This document shows positions 24,601 through 30,511 of a stretch of 35,759 bases of DNA, in pieces (the first letter of the stretch is position 1; each line of letters starts with the position of its first letter). Below the pieces are notes generated by a model. It made no database searches. It was not told the DNA's origin and saw only the letters and a list, made by a program, of their open reading frames with translations. A program made the position numbers and the translations under genes. The stretch is from the IMG/VR virus record IMGVR_UViG_3300012953_003199, positions 1-35,759 of that record. One strand, given 5' to 3'. The stretch comes from a virus. Lineage: Duplodnaviria > Caudoviricetes.

Positions 24601-27600
24601 TTCTTAATTGCAGTTACATTATCAGAACGAGTAGCACCAGATATACCAGCATATGCTTTTTGGAAACCTAATGTTGCACTAAGACCGTTTTCTGCCTGAA
24701 CATACTTACAAAGTATAATATCAGGGTTATATGCATCAAGTAAACTACTATTAGGTTTATTATTACCAACTACCCAAATATTATCTCCATCTACATACAA
24801 TCTTTCAAATTCTACGTATTTTAGACCAGATGCACTCTCTAAAGTTTTCTCCCACTCTTTAACACCTGTAGCAGATAACTTCGCTACAAATCCTACTGTA
24901 TTACCATCAGCATCTAATGTTTTACCACAAGTGAATATTTCTTTCTTAATATTAACCTTACAGTCATTAATCTTGACATAATTATTATTTTCAATCTTAG
25001 AAACGTAATAATCTGCCTTCTTGTAAATCTGAGGATGACTTAGAATAACACGAGGATTAGCAGTATACCCAGATCCAGAGTTAGTAATATTAACAGTATC
25101 AATAGCACCAACAGAACTAACAACCGCTTGTAAAGCACCACCGCTTCCGTCTCCATCAATAACTATTGTTGGAGGAATTTCTTCATTATATCCAGATCCT
25201 GTTTGACTAATGACTATTTGCTCAATACCTTTGAATTGACGAACTTTAAATGTTTTGTTCGTGTTATCCATGATAGGTGTGTAATCAATAAACACACTGT
25301 CGCCAGCTATCAAATTATGAGGTACATTTGTCTTTAATGTACCATAGTTACTTCCACTTACATTCTCAAAACTATAAGTTTCAACTGTTTCACCTTTAAT
25401 ACGTGAAACACGAGCAGATACACCATCACCATCAGTATCTGTATTGTCAAATACCAGTCTATCATTGACCTGATAGTTAATACCAGGGTTCTCAACTGTA
25501 AATCCAGTTACCGAGGCATCTTCAAACTTAGTAATAGTCTCAACTTCAATGTCAACCTTAGAGTCAAATTTAACTGTGGGGAAGTAATCAAAGAGTTGTA
25601 AAGGTGACTCCTCGAACATCTGTTCTGGATCATCTATCTCATCTTGACTTATTACACCGTCTCTATTTTCGTCTTCTGCATCAAATAGGAGTATTTCACC
25701 TGCTTCAGTAGTCAATGCATTAGTAGATGCGTTTGGAGTCCTTGTAACGTCAATATCAACGTTCTCATAAGGGTCTCTATAACGCACAACACCTGAAGGA
25801 ATATTCTGTTGTGTTGCATCAGCAACAAGGTTCCATTTATCAACAACTGAATTGAAACTTGGTCCTAAAACATAAGGGAATAGTGGATTACCATCTTCTG
25901 TAGAGTCAATAGTAACAAAATAGCAATATCTACCAGCCGTAAAGTCTGGTGTCTTACAGAAACGACCATTATACTGATCTAAATCACCTAAACCAAAGAC
26001 ATACTCATAGTCTTCTACAAAATTACCAGCAGTTTCATCATTTAGTAAAGGACCAGCAGTTCTTGATGGATATGGGTTAGTTGTTGCATCATATACTAAA
26101 TTAGTCTTTAATCTATAAGAAGTATTCAGTTTAGCAATAGAGGATGCTTGATTAGTTGGGTCAGAGTAACCATAAGGACCATAAATCGGGTTACCATCAA
26201 ATGCCCATCCTATAATAGGAGAGTGTGCTAATTGAGTTTCTTGCTCCTTAATCTGTTGTGAAGCATTTTCAAATAAGTTATCACCAAGAATATATCTTAA
26301 TTTCTGAGGATTGGATAAGTGAGCATACTCACCACCATATTGATTGTTAAATCCTTCAAATACAGCACCCTTAGCATCATCAAACGTTGATGTTGCTTGA
26401 AGGTTATAAGTCCATTGGAATACATTAGGTGTAAAGGTAGCACCTTGACCAACAGATGTTAAGTTGATAATTGTAGTACCTTGAACATAGTTGATACCCT
26501 TATTAACAATAGTGATACCAGTAACTCTACCAGCATTTTCACCATCAGTATCAATAGTAGCACGTGCAACAGCACCAAATCCTTGACCTTGAATAGCAAC
26601 TTCAGGTGCGGTAGTATATCCAGATCCAGCAGAAATAATAGCAATAGAAATGATTCTACCATTAGTTACAATCGCTTGAGCAACAGCACCAACACCAGAA
26701 CTCAATGTTACAGATGGATTTGAGGTATATGAAGCACCACCATTTGATATAGCAATACTTTGAATTGGACCACGAACAGATGCTGTACCTGTTGCACCAG
26801 TTCCACCACCACCAACAATAGTAATTGAAGGCTGGGAAGTATATCCAGAACCGCCTTGATTAATCAGTATACTAGAAACAATACCTTTAGTAATAATAGC
26901 AGTTGCAGCAGCACCAGAACCGCCTCCACCTACAATAGAGACCAAAGGTGAAGATGAATACCCAGAACCCCCTGCAGTGACTGTAACTTCAGAGATAGAA
27001 CCATCAACAGTTACATTTGCAGTTGCACCTGAACCGCTACCACCTGCAATAGTAATTGCTGGAGGTGAAGCAGCATCATATCCAGCACCAGCATTAGTAA
27101 TGTTAATTCCAGTTACAGCACCAAATGTTTTAGATAAAGTTGACTTATAAGACCAAATTGATACACCATTAACCCAAGTTCCAACAGGACCAGAAGTAAT
27201 CGCATTCTTAGTCGAAATTGTAGTCGGTAATTTAGGAAATCTGTTTAATTTACGTTGGTTTCCTGGAAGAAGTGCAGATCCTGGGAAAGGACCAATCTTA
27301 TAGTTAGGAATACCTGTAGAAGCAACGTAAGTGTTAGTAGTATCAAAGAATGAGTTTTGTACGTTAGTTGTATATGAACCAATAGCATTTAATACAGCAC
27401 TGTTATCTGACTTACCCTTATTAAGGTCAACAGATACAAGAATATTACCCTGAGGTATAACTGTTGCAGGTTGAGGAAGATTATACTGGAAAACATACTC
27501 GGAATCCCTTGAAGTGACTAAGAAAGTTCCGTTATAGATGATTGGGTTAGCACCATATACAGTTACCTGATCTCCAACCAACAATCCATGAGGATTAGCA

Positions 27601-30506
27601 CAAGTAAGAGTAGCAGACTGATTATTAATACCACCAAAGGTTACTGTATTAACTGATATTAACTTTTTAACGTTATATAACCAAGTTGTAAGATCTGGAG
27701 TAGTACCAGTACCACCTAACTTAGAAACTGTTAATTTATCTCCAGGTAAGTAGTAAGATCCAGTATCTGTCAAAGCAGTTTGTTGTGCATCAACAATACC
27801 AACAACATTCATCACAACTTCTTGTAATGTACCTTTATTAAGGTAAACTTTGAAGTTTGAAGTGACTTGTGAAGCAGAATCCCAGTCCTCAACAACACCA
27901 TTTACTGAACGAGTACACTCAATAAACTGGTTAAGTGATTTTTCCTTATATTGTACAAGTTCTGTTGTAGCACCTGATCCTATGACAAATTCACCGTTTC
28001 TCTCTGGCCAACCAATAGTAGAGTCAACTGTAATGATTGAATCAGTTGCACTTAATGGCTCAGCAAGTTTTGTCTTATATGGAACAGTAAATGAACCATT
28101 AATAGTCTCTTCAGACAATACAAGTTCAAATATCTCTACTTCAGAAGTTTTAATTGAAATATAATTTTCTACAAGAGCACTCGCTGCTTTAATATTAGAG
28201 TCTGATATATCCTCTTCTTGTATCAATAAAGCATCTTTAATATCAACAGAAGCACCAGAAACCTTAGTAGCACGTAAAATAGTGTCAATAGACCAAGTAG
28301 CATCAGATGGTTTAATAATCTGATCTTTTGGATATGAAATACTTACAGTTTCACCATAAAGTAACTTAAAGAGATAAGCAATACTGAAAGATGTACCCTT
28401 CGCAGAGTAAAAGTCTTTAATAGTCTTAATTGATGTTCTAACATCGATTTTTGTATAATCGAGTTCAGGTACATCAGGAAGGAACTGTTCTGTATATTTG
28501 TCTAAAAGTCTCTTTACAAATAGTTGATCTAAGCACTTAACTGGTGTATTAACAATAGCTGCAGCAGCAGTAGTTGTACTAGAAAATACTGCATTACCAT
28601 CTTCTGTATATGAAGTAATTCCTGATGCAGCACGAGCACAACCTGTTAATTGTGCTTTACTATATCCTTTTCCTGCTTGTGTTACAGTAAAACCAGTGAT
28701 TTCTTTTAAACCTATCTCCGCAGATGCTTCTGCAGCAGGTGGAGTCTGAATAATGATAGATGGAGGTGCAGCAGCACTATAACCAGTTCCAAATGCAGTT
28801 ATATTAATATCAGTGATCTTACCATTAAAGATTGCAGCAACAGCAGTTGCTCCAGTACCACCTATTGAATTACCTTGTGCATCTGTTCTTCCATCAACAA
28901 TGTATACAGATGGAATATCCTCATATCCGCTACCACCATCTAAAAGTTCAATATTAATTACACGACCATCACCATCAACAGATGTTTGAAGTATTTGAGC
29001 ACCTACTGGGTCAATAATTGCTAATCTGGGAACTGTTGTATATCCTTGTCCTGCGTTGAGTACAGTAATTGAAGCAATAGTACCATCTGTAGCAAGGTTT
29101 GCACGTAATGATGCTTTAATCGGATTAGATCCAGTTGGTTCATCGACATATATCGTAGGAGCAGTAGTATAACCAAATCCCACATCAGTAATGGCAGGAA
29201 TACCATCAATACTACCATTAGTAATGGTCGGAACAGCTATTTTACCGCCTCCAGGCTGTCTAAAGGTAAGTCTTGGAGTAAATGTATACCCACTACCTGA
29301 ATTAAGTATTTCAAGACCAGTTACAGCACCATTAGTAACAGTTGCTTTAATTTTTGCCTGAGTTGATCCTGTTTTAGTTGGAGATTGTACTTGAACTATT
29401 GGTGGATTGCTATCACTATATCCTTTACCACCATCCAATAGAGAAACAGATTTAACACCATTAACTAAAGCATTAGCAGCAGCACCACTACCTAATGTAG
29501 AACTAATTGATACTTTAGGAGGATATTCAAATCTATATTCTGATCCAGTAACATTGGTTACAATATCAGTAAGAGTACCACTGTCACTTATACGAGCATA
29601 TCCAATGGCACCAGATCCAAATGAAGGAACAGGTGCTTCAATAGCAAATAATGATAGAAATCTACCATTTAGAGGAGCAGTTAAGAATATAAACTGATCT
29701 CCATCTATAAAGAAGTCAACTTTAGGAGTTAAAAGTCTATTATCATAAATGGCAAGAACATATTCATCTACAATAGGTTCATATCTTTCACCACTTCTTG
29801 TTATAGTAAACTGTCTCTTACTCTCACCAAAAGAATTAGATAGGTTATCTATTGGTACAATTGTGTTTTCAATAAAACCACTTAAAAAGTTAATATATGT
29901 TTGTTCAGCACCATCAGAAGGAATTCTTGTTCTTGGAGCCTCTGTGAAGACTATATTAGTACCATTAATAGTATAATCTACAGCAGGAATTAAAACTTTA
30001 CCATAAGCAGACACAATCAAATGTTGTGGTGTTATAGGAGCAATAGGACTGTCCTGAGATGTTAATGGAAACTGTGTTGTTGTACCATCAAACGAATCAA
30101 GAGGACTTGCAAGACCTGTCCACTTAAGTTTTACCTGATCATAAGAAATACCTGGACTTAACGCAATATTAGGTGCATGAGTAGTCCGTTCATAGTATAC
30201 TATCTCATCACCAATTAAAACTGAACCGTTATTTTCTAAAAACTTATCAACACTCTCTACAACAATCGTATCATCTGTCGCTTTTATTGCTTCTACAACC
30301 TTAGTCGCACCATCAAGAATCCCAATGTCCAACTTATCAATATCAAGATATTGAAGGAAGTTATTGAGTATATTTTGACCTAATCCTGTCTTCTCTTGAG
30401 ATCTATAGTAATACTGTATAAACTTGTTAAACAGAGGATACTCAGTCTCGATAAAATCGGGGGTCTGAGCCTTTATAGCTTGAGAAACCTTATTGATATT
30501 GCTCAT
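6690..30506 (-). CDS. gp7: Giant gp7-like baseplate wedge initiator / multidomain virion protein (7938 aa)
   Basis: Uninterrupted 23.8-kb ORF directly after gp6. gp7-like motifs include FIETEYPLFNKFIQYYY, IKDFYSAKGT..IAYLFKLLY and IQDSYYYQDFSYAVKS...HPASFKVFG. Also has GxGY repeats, a YHYH-like domain, a beta-propeller-like region (~23890-25000), two LamG-like domains (~23240-23690, ~17865-18340) and internal repeats. Confidence 0.8.
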   Translation of the reverse strand: MSNINKVSQAIKAQTPDFIETEYPLFNKFIQYYYRSQEKTGLGQNILNNFLQYLDIDKLDIGILDGATKVVEAIKATDDTIVVESVDKFLENNGSVLIGDEIVYYERTTHAPNIALSPGISYDQVKLKWTGLASPLDSFDGTTTQFPLTSQDSPIAPITPQHLIVSAYGKVLIPAVDYTINGTNIVFTEAPRTRIPSDGAEQTYINFLSGFIENTIVPIDNLSNSFGESKRQFTITRSGERYEPIVDEYVLAIYDNRLLTPKVDFFIDGDQFIFLTAPLNGRFLSLFAIEAPVPSFGSGAIGYARISDSGTLTDIVTNVTGSEYRFEYPPKVSISSTLGSGAAANALVNGVKSVSLLDGGKGYSDSNPPIVQVQSPTKTGSTQAKIKATVTNGAVTGLEILNSGSGYTFTPRLTFRQPGGGKIAVPTITNGSIDGIPAITDVGFGYTTAPTIYVDEPTGSNPIKASLRANLATDGTIASITVLNAGQGYTTVPRLAIIDPVGAQILQTSVDGDGRVINIELLDGGSGYEDIPSVYIVDGRTDAQGNSIGGTGATAVAAIFNGKITDINITAFGTGYSAAAPPSIIIQTPPAAEASAEIGLKEITGFTVTQAGKGYSKAQLTGCARAASGITSYTEDGNAVFSSTTTAAAAIVNTPVKCLDQLFVKRLLDKYTEQFLPDVPELDYTKIDVRTSIKTIKDFYSAKGTSFSIAYLFKLLYGETVSISYPKDQIIKPSDATWSIDTILRATKVSGASVDIKDALLIQEEDISDSNIKAASALVENYISIKTSEVEIFELVLSEETINGSFTVPYKTKLAEPLSATDSIITVDSTIGWPERNGEFVIGSGATTELVQYKEKSLNQFIECTRSVNGVVEDWDSASQVTSNFKVYLNKGTLQEVVMNVVGIVDAQQTALTDTGSYYLPGDKLTVSKLGGTGTTPDLTTWLYNVKKLISVNTVTFGGINNQSATLTCANPHGLLVGDQVTVYGANPIIYNGTFLVTSRDSEYVFQYNLPQPATVIPQGNILVSVDLNKGKSDNSAVLNAIGSYTTNVQNSFFDTTNTYVASTGIPNYKIGPFPGSALLPGNQRKLNRFPKLPTTISTKNAITSGPVGTWVNGVSIWSYKSTLSKTFGAVTGINITNAGAGYDAASPPAITIAGGSGSGATANVTVDGSISEVTVTAGGSGYSSSPLVSIVGGGGSGAAATAIITKGIVSSILINQGGSGYTSQPSITIVGGGGTGATGTASVRGPIQSIAISNGGASYTSNPSVTLSSGVGAVAQAIVTNGRIISIAIISAGSGYTTAPEVAIQGQGFGAVARATIDTDGENAGRVTGITIVNKGINYVQGTTIINLTSVGQGATFTPNVFQWTYNLQATSTFDDAKGAVFEGFNNQYGGEYAHLSNPQKLRYILGDNLFENASQQIKEQETQLAHSPIIGWAFDGNPIYGPYGYSDPTNQASSIAKLNTSYRLKTNLVYDATTNPYPSRTAGPLLNDETAGNFVEDYEYVFGLGDLDQYNGRFCKTPDFTAGRYCYFVTIDSTEDGNPLFPYVLGPSFNSVVDKWNLVADATQQNIPSGVVRYRDPYENVDIDVTRTPNASTNALTTEAGEILLFDAEDENRDGVISQDEIDDPEQMFEESPLQLFDYFPTVKFDSKVDIEVETITKFEDASVTGFTVENPGINYQVNDRLVFDNTDTDGDGVSARVSRIKGETVETYSFENVSGSNYGTLKTNVPHNLIAGDSVFIDYTPIMDNTNKTFKVRQFKGIEQIVISQTGSGYNEEIPPTIVIDGDGSGGALQAVVSSVGAIDTVNITNSGSGYTANPRVILSHPQIYKKADYYVSKIENNNYVKINDCKVNIKKEIFTCGKTLDADGNTVGFVAKLSATGVKEWEKTLESASGLKYVEFERLYVDGDNIWVVGNNKPNSSLLDAYNPDIILCKYVQAENGLSATLGFQKAYAGISGATRSDNVTAIKKYSDSRYVIGGYTNTNSAAPYDAFIATIDTTGNFSVKRKLASATANEKITDLIIDGTDLYFTMEVSSTSSSQDINQCVGKATIGTSVIEIAWIKEYSNATYSFLDSTLCIDEFKEIYLTASCRMKSDDTTIDSFWVGKVNSTDGALIWNYRYLAPGREVHVVDSSEIDLFGDLNIAFTRKDNVTTQTTVDTVKIGYDGKIKNHTTNNFNLNNIEGVTALALDVDESGDVHVFGQTQWNRNECIFDFANNEQVDRTGHYTLTSVGATNAITYTGNLAKIYGYNPAGSNATWVNSYLSLPSATLGTKLAGDWTLEFMVYKNATESQTLSQTAQTLCGIGGARDATGGLWLGYDNSSGELQLVITNSTTQLINGSGQSSSQTNMYADNSWQFVALTKNGNEFKAYINGIAVITGTLSGTSLGNKNLYIGNQVGFGSGATDFAQSKQGQFYVDNIRLRNRFVTPTVPTDVVTLPPTASYSQTFDWVDDAWFTNYLNQYDNIDYVGWGIKVDKNAESGRIGTYSERTNTKVGFVRTAVTPVTGSAITVSATGYSLGDAGLQTLDFDDTTTTMSQDTENLTYTQDIWGSRTATVPSPGSQKLKVSAVVKDRYYFKVTDTVKIDNIQILTINQAFNFTVGAKLQLYTGSTFKNSGYIIRVDNDNNKIYVAVNNNLWSDDLNTGQLSTVQFSEQSTYNIVGPIPNDINEIIGYTFAQVVNQTPGTFIIPLSSYPLEVGGANNLHTFATFKPYSDADYSIRIDEVSGSSPYIVGSVVTINSGDISYNSDYSQATIVNLTGVLKITLVANLIKILQVTAVANSDEVYVITATKHYLEAAQMLYVDGNPSRTVGGVVYDEYDGAFPVDTVVSSLEFTYKLPSAAISDPETTTPGNVNIFVKSPVLKMYYGHQYLFDLSHSSLVGGNLSFAKDNLYKLEYSFNSIERIGTPGVTGQGQPTPTVKLKVDESVVTNISYYFDPSRTGDTSPVIPGSYLDVVDSPYKGTFQISSTAGQTITTGPDIFKFPLLNEPEGAADVSRTTYSTSSLKAVGSINNIRIVNSGGFYTKLPVITGIVSTRKIERIQINAPGTEYAVGEYNNVPIAGDGEGGLVSITVDNGTDDEGTTIPGQIQKVEVIDPGKGYTTASIDINSISGILGSGLTGSGAELVVVIPSAGSGASIFTKGTNVGKIKKLKNNNFGYDYPHDYTLRPEITFPINAQLTSTSILSSITVTDPGSGYSLPPAVVITGGGGTGAVAEAFIKNGRLDTIIVKDPGAGYSSTPTISLKSSFNYVVNLDLGLLQFAYPHGITNGAAVTVTVTDTGDGADFPLAAGATGRLNASTTYYAIAGAANSLEGDQLKLAITASNAALGDALSFVNAGEGRQSVLTESFGGGATANVITSTFLEGELIYQGDTFETATASGYVSTNSGWQVGPRIIKIVDYTGSFAENEKVTGVISKSSGTISDLKIAKGVLEIGSITKTTGQFIDDVGKPSEIIQKIQDSYYYQDFSYAVKSAVSISDWKEILIKNVHPASFKVFGELNLNEYGFVPNKETFFQLTKSVELAQESIVPNIQNFALVEPIYSDFNNTEVLFRQKRLTSSEDILTSVVQRVDDISTLFDGERISFPLTVDGSNVVANANQLMIVLNGVVQNPKTAFSIQQVSIVFSEPPQPPASVKYANISISQKSTVAFTFTNQSGIYPSLGNILTGISSGAKLTVTTVVGTTINGYINEGTFIIGELCNVSATGFNANLATNTAVSNIGLFTFGEQVTNLTGDTAKVEQINLESGAETPLAKVRYTIGLSTVSFEVVPTSGAAGPVPAGTFTATKNYQFGSEIFRVDTITDGSSSTTLAVTRAQLGTTAQSVQENTPIYGTDISVTNTLTLSKTAGTYKSTPGLFDIQLNDVILGASSGVVATVTATAAYQDPTTQEFIGQVNISEGSSFFGLLFNRITSQTYPNVVLDDISKSQISVVNFTDNSTAFDSSFPANERINNYTIPYDNAVGTLAENENIRNYKIEYGNSNGDFIAGEDGRVRKLSFTDSLGTGFFNTGQVIRTRDTKAEVIGFNQARNIVYLGKIGRCQASGADYYDFTFENAAAIDTAQKKFGTASLEFAAADYIVNASTDEIAFGSGAFTVEMYIRPATASVSGTADIFDTRASSANEVAFRLYLEAGQVRVNVNNSDLVTSGATTISANTWTHIAYVKSSTTGKIYINGVEAGTGTDSTTYVAKPIRIGADWNGANGFVGHVDEVRVSTTNRYTGAFTPVAGIFQGDANTKLLLHCDGNDGVNYIDDWSGVEGFTQGEFFNNDAILATVRDVAGKHIYNGSTSTNAITITANSVQKDVTDATYDPNTGDLVLTIGSHSFTTSDTLKIGANKLSFTCAKDNHQTSHTYPRLTDPAYDTTLAITAVSGTTLTVNVGIANNGFNKNTQRYINAGDLVLSNLDFISQEVVYLMKKRFPNFTVKGGSVNCADDIVDVLKSVVSDIRNGSNSNIWDASAFYVDRTTTPISLKEIKNEVTESIWAFQKTQEMVQYIGTNTLWEVQGDHGLTQVTDTTITDSTTTSFTQLTPTDAVYDAATGELTLTKSSHGIVGATSLTASNAAYVANTGVLTVTSNSHGLSNGDRIKLVDNSLTFTCSMDQDRSEHTYPRISDEASSGYLAVSGVTTNTFNVNVGVSPIKSFTPTSSTYDPETGWLKLGIGDHSLEVGTNIKIANNSLKYLCAMGGTTEYKTYPRTTDPIYNDSVPIVSDGVHSTATNASYTPSTGALTITSGTNLTPTLASYVAKSGVLTLTIPNHGMVLGDKVKIEDGAITFTCDMDDNATLHPYPRSSDPLSGDFINIANVTTNTFDVNVGASPLVSFNPTAVTYTPTSGDMVMTIGAHNLTVGTSVRFEPESLTFTCTKDSNATEHKYPRVTDPVYDAATTITAVTSTSITVNVGPANDATAGTHTFVAKAGTLTPTSVTYNPTNGLLAFTVAGHGMLAGQKIKIADNSLTFTCGKDNNATNHTYPRITDPISSKFIDIQSVTTNTFTIQVLDVVPSTNTTTHSFVSAAANCVTRAVVTTGGDYAHTFVSARNNSVLSDKHGYSVGDKIRIAEKSLTFTCAKDNDETEHSYPRSTDPFYRRWLRIDSKTDKTFTVNVGISPDKSAHTFKSAYPGGIVKQDGSISIDVGKSPTEKHDMSNATFDPSNGNLVLTLGSHNLQVGQTVRLADRALTFTCAEDSNASNHSYPRPFIDEFTPSTATYSGTTGLLVFTVNSHGVRVGDWIKLDDNSLTFTCQLDNNQTNHTYPRSTDPVSGKWLKVSAVTTNTFTVQVLQNIPSTNTSTHVFVSAVTNCIKQKRDRAYDAPISIAAVGTSNKTATGATYAPTTGVLQITSNGHGLTAASQITPTAAAYVPATGMLTLTKSSHGYTNGDRILITEGALTFSCNKDNHESQHSYPRATDPSYLKWLTIGNVTTNTFDVNIGIANDQSTHVFISATTNGVLKANSQVKFDADSLTFTCTRDNNATNHTYPRATDPVANEWTPIVASATNTFDVNVGITGFGDFAHTYVSATSNGIKVQDGTITLNVNTSSNTTTHAFVSALSGGLIAGGNYDHTFIDANNTYTPSTVSYTASTGNMVLTVADHGFKVGEHIKIADGGVTFTCAEDSNATNHAYPRSTDPISNRFVPITAVTTNTFTINVLQGTSPTNTTTHAFVSATTGCITRSVVSTGGDYTHTFVSARSNGIHKMGTAIKLAPDSLTFRCHIDGKRTDHAYPRITDPAYNSALRVRKATTNTFTVDIGKSLADTVDQPYTPTAATYDPANGNLVLTIGQHDITDDDSVTIDDNSLTFTCAMDNNQSNKTYPRTNFDEFSAKPIPVASVGTTSLTPSTANYEPTTGILRITSASHGLVAGDRVKFDTNAVTFTCAQDSNGSNHSYPRVTDPSSNRWLDIFAITADTFEVNVGISSNITAHTFVSATSGGVKRQDGTITVNVNPAGTNATFTPSAATYDAYTGDMTLTVGSGHGMSVGSSITIANNGLTFNCTMDGGSSNKTYPRSTDPYGNLKSIPVKHVGHTHATPTNVSYTPASGAMTITLANHGWSNGDWVMMLDGALTMTCDLDGNQTDHAYPRATDPYSNKWMQISNVATNTFDVNVGVSSDTTTHTFKSFATKGLRRKTGVITVNVGTSPIIGHEVSAASFTPASGVLVLTIGDHNLTVGTSIRIANNSLTFTCAQDSNGSNHSYPRANGQGGASADDPAYNDAVNITAVTGNTITVNVGTSSNTTAHTFVSANSDFTATNAAYNPTTGVMTITVANHGFVNGEKIKIADNSLSFTCALDGNTVTKTYPRKSDPVSGKWVTISGVTTNTFDVQVLDAVPSTNVMSHAFQSATANGIKRAVISSGGDYTHTFVSATTNAVSFLPQSVHTFVSANYGAVKKIRNTHQLVSIANNAVTVLDYNWSDCTDVYTTIDNLMDILVDTVNQANLTPAIDHLATVTKLTPKHEFLGGKVSAYYEVPFPVSYHDATNDIIVTNQIDETTRNRFRDAAALIRSNTGPIVDKTSHDMLTLYPDLVTEMPRNVAGSTDGTLQCKTDLTLLLEQFCKDIEDGGNLNSTNVAKFYLGTNDVLLHIRLQVFQSIYAHNRLAYYMKQAILGDLTYDNTDDIIVGDWGITQDGGGCANVQSAIDTLVTQVNDIIAPTSNDYAIAADRLYFNRKYMAEEITGLITQEFTYVLNSVNYNAHTYPSGALGEGTCQRDIKLIILGMISDLQTGGNNSTIAAMENYLTSAGQLNHIETELLATVYGIEQIKIIGEHAIRNRLVALNGTQTAQQYVAQHTDEVPYTDALSPVAIEDVVRRLEELTDIAVTILAPSKMEGRGAAKNLLYNRNYYKEEITTLVNSQFGSGAWVYNTFIDQIVDDTVHDIITTDMTKTSVARNITISEITGNFKVGETVTSDGGGTAIVQEFNIDTEFFVCSIVTGTEWKDRDVLTGNDSGATATIDDAGIGLEYKWYDSVTNVKTLGSARLITSNVSGQIAGTNLLTNPEQFSTNWTGTEVSFTDDALLAPDGTLTADKLIASSTNSDHTIHRVYNLSAYDTFDDSSIKWDADNQRFDEGASGTSPTQQYTYSVFLKKGEYDNARVMMSLNYGTSSVQNAFFDVALDTGVVGSLFTPQNGVTGDAYGVVPLGDGWYRAYITITFSFGFAAVRSQVYVKNASGAQTYAGNNSDGIYVWGAKLNKNTLDPYESQDAKIFYSDSEYNIKNYALDLMETYMSQALNNGLTSPSPNSGFYKAFYDTAAAHYNSDSVSRIVRYCIDIVRQQLTVDTSYTNYISVNGVSTPTKTYGTRSIPQGVGGGIQNADYMYGLLSNTYGELENLTLNEGKIVQVFQRFRIDGDITDGPYTMGEVVKKQGAPSITGVVYGFWTDANYKYLDVKITNGPWAITDNIVGDTNSTTAQISAIEDRIHVIDLKGVFEDNVPFKGYTSGATATPTGFLRREAAVLDNTGGTLTVDTATLTGEFETTAVVYPESSRQYIEVVKYAGLDIGVGARIASNGYIRLGVTVLSGLTDFTVGNRLYRVVSGIQDQNTYGIITSIDLDNNYIYMQEYLGTFTNGDVVGDYGLGNSNPIGYASINTKVVTAGAAAAVVQDIRTVGINKRLYLSSIAGTFDGKDSIKGPEGYASVIDSIVDLKARVKRSFKGFDGTTTNFKLTQQNGTPYLPDPAGHLLVFINGILQPPGASNAYTAFSDTIQFQEAPDLGASFTGFYVGKLRQLDDISFEFDSLRQSFNLKRNDVFYSLTLTDGVQSSTIRPENNIIVSLNGVIQEPGIGFEIVGSRILFSEIPRVGSTFVAFSYVGSEADVDAAEVVPPVEPGDFIDIQGETSDREVAVIESSNSLITFDYLGSVFGSGAIANANLTSGTIRDVQVTSGGSGYTTRPSVRIDSISGFEGSIRALVGVAGVEVSNVGSGYSNPTIAVETSVPDDWTAPDLSLYGEEAVDPETPL
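8735..17352 (-). repeat. Helical phycobiliprotein-like repeats within gp7 (three clear, one degenerate)
   Basis: Recurring pattern A..L/I..N...I/M, then C-x-x-D-I/L-x13-G-G/S-N, then a C-terminal amphipathic helix. Copies at ~17352-16950 plus 11315-11250, ~11078-10605, ~10595-10085, and degenerate ~10080-9915 plus ~8935-8735. Confidence 0.7.
11330..16945 (-). repeat. 18 nested copies of a ~100-aa beta-rich domain (YxPxTGxLxLT..H / FTCxxD..HxYPR / NTFxVNVG / HTFVSA) within gp7
   Basis: 18 C-x10-YPR motifs counted here, plus one isolated copy at ~17385-17680. Confidence 0.9.
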
Positions 30507-30511
30507 CTAAT

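Noticed and set aside
6690-30506. Intein, intron or stop-codon recoding as the explanation for the giant ORF
   Set aside because: I saw no Hint or homing-endonuclease motifs. The ORF is continuous in the standard code, and neighbouring genes end at normal TAA/TAG stops with tight packing.
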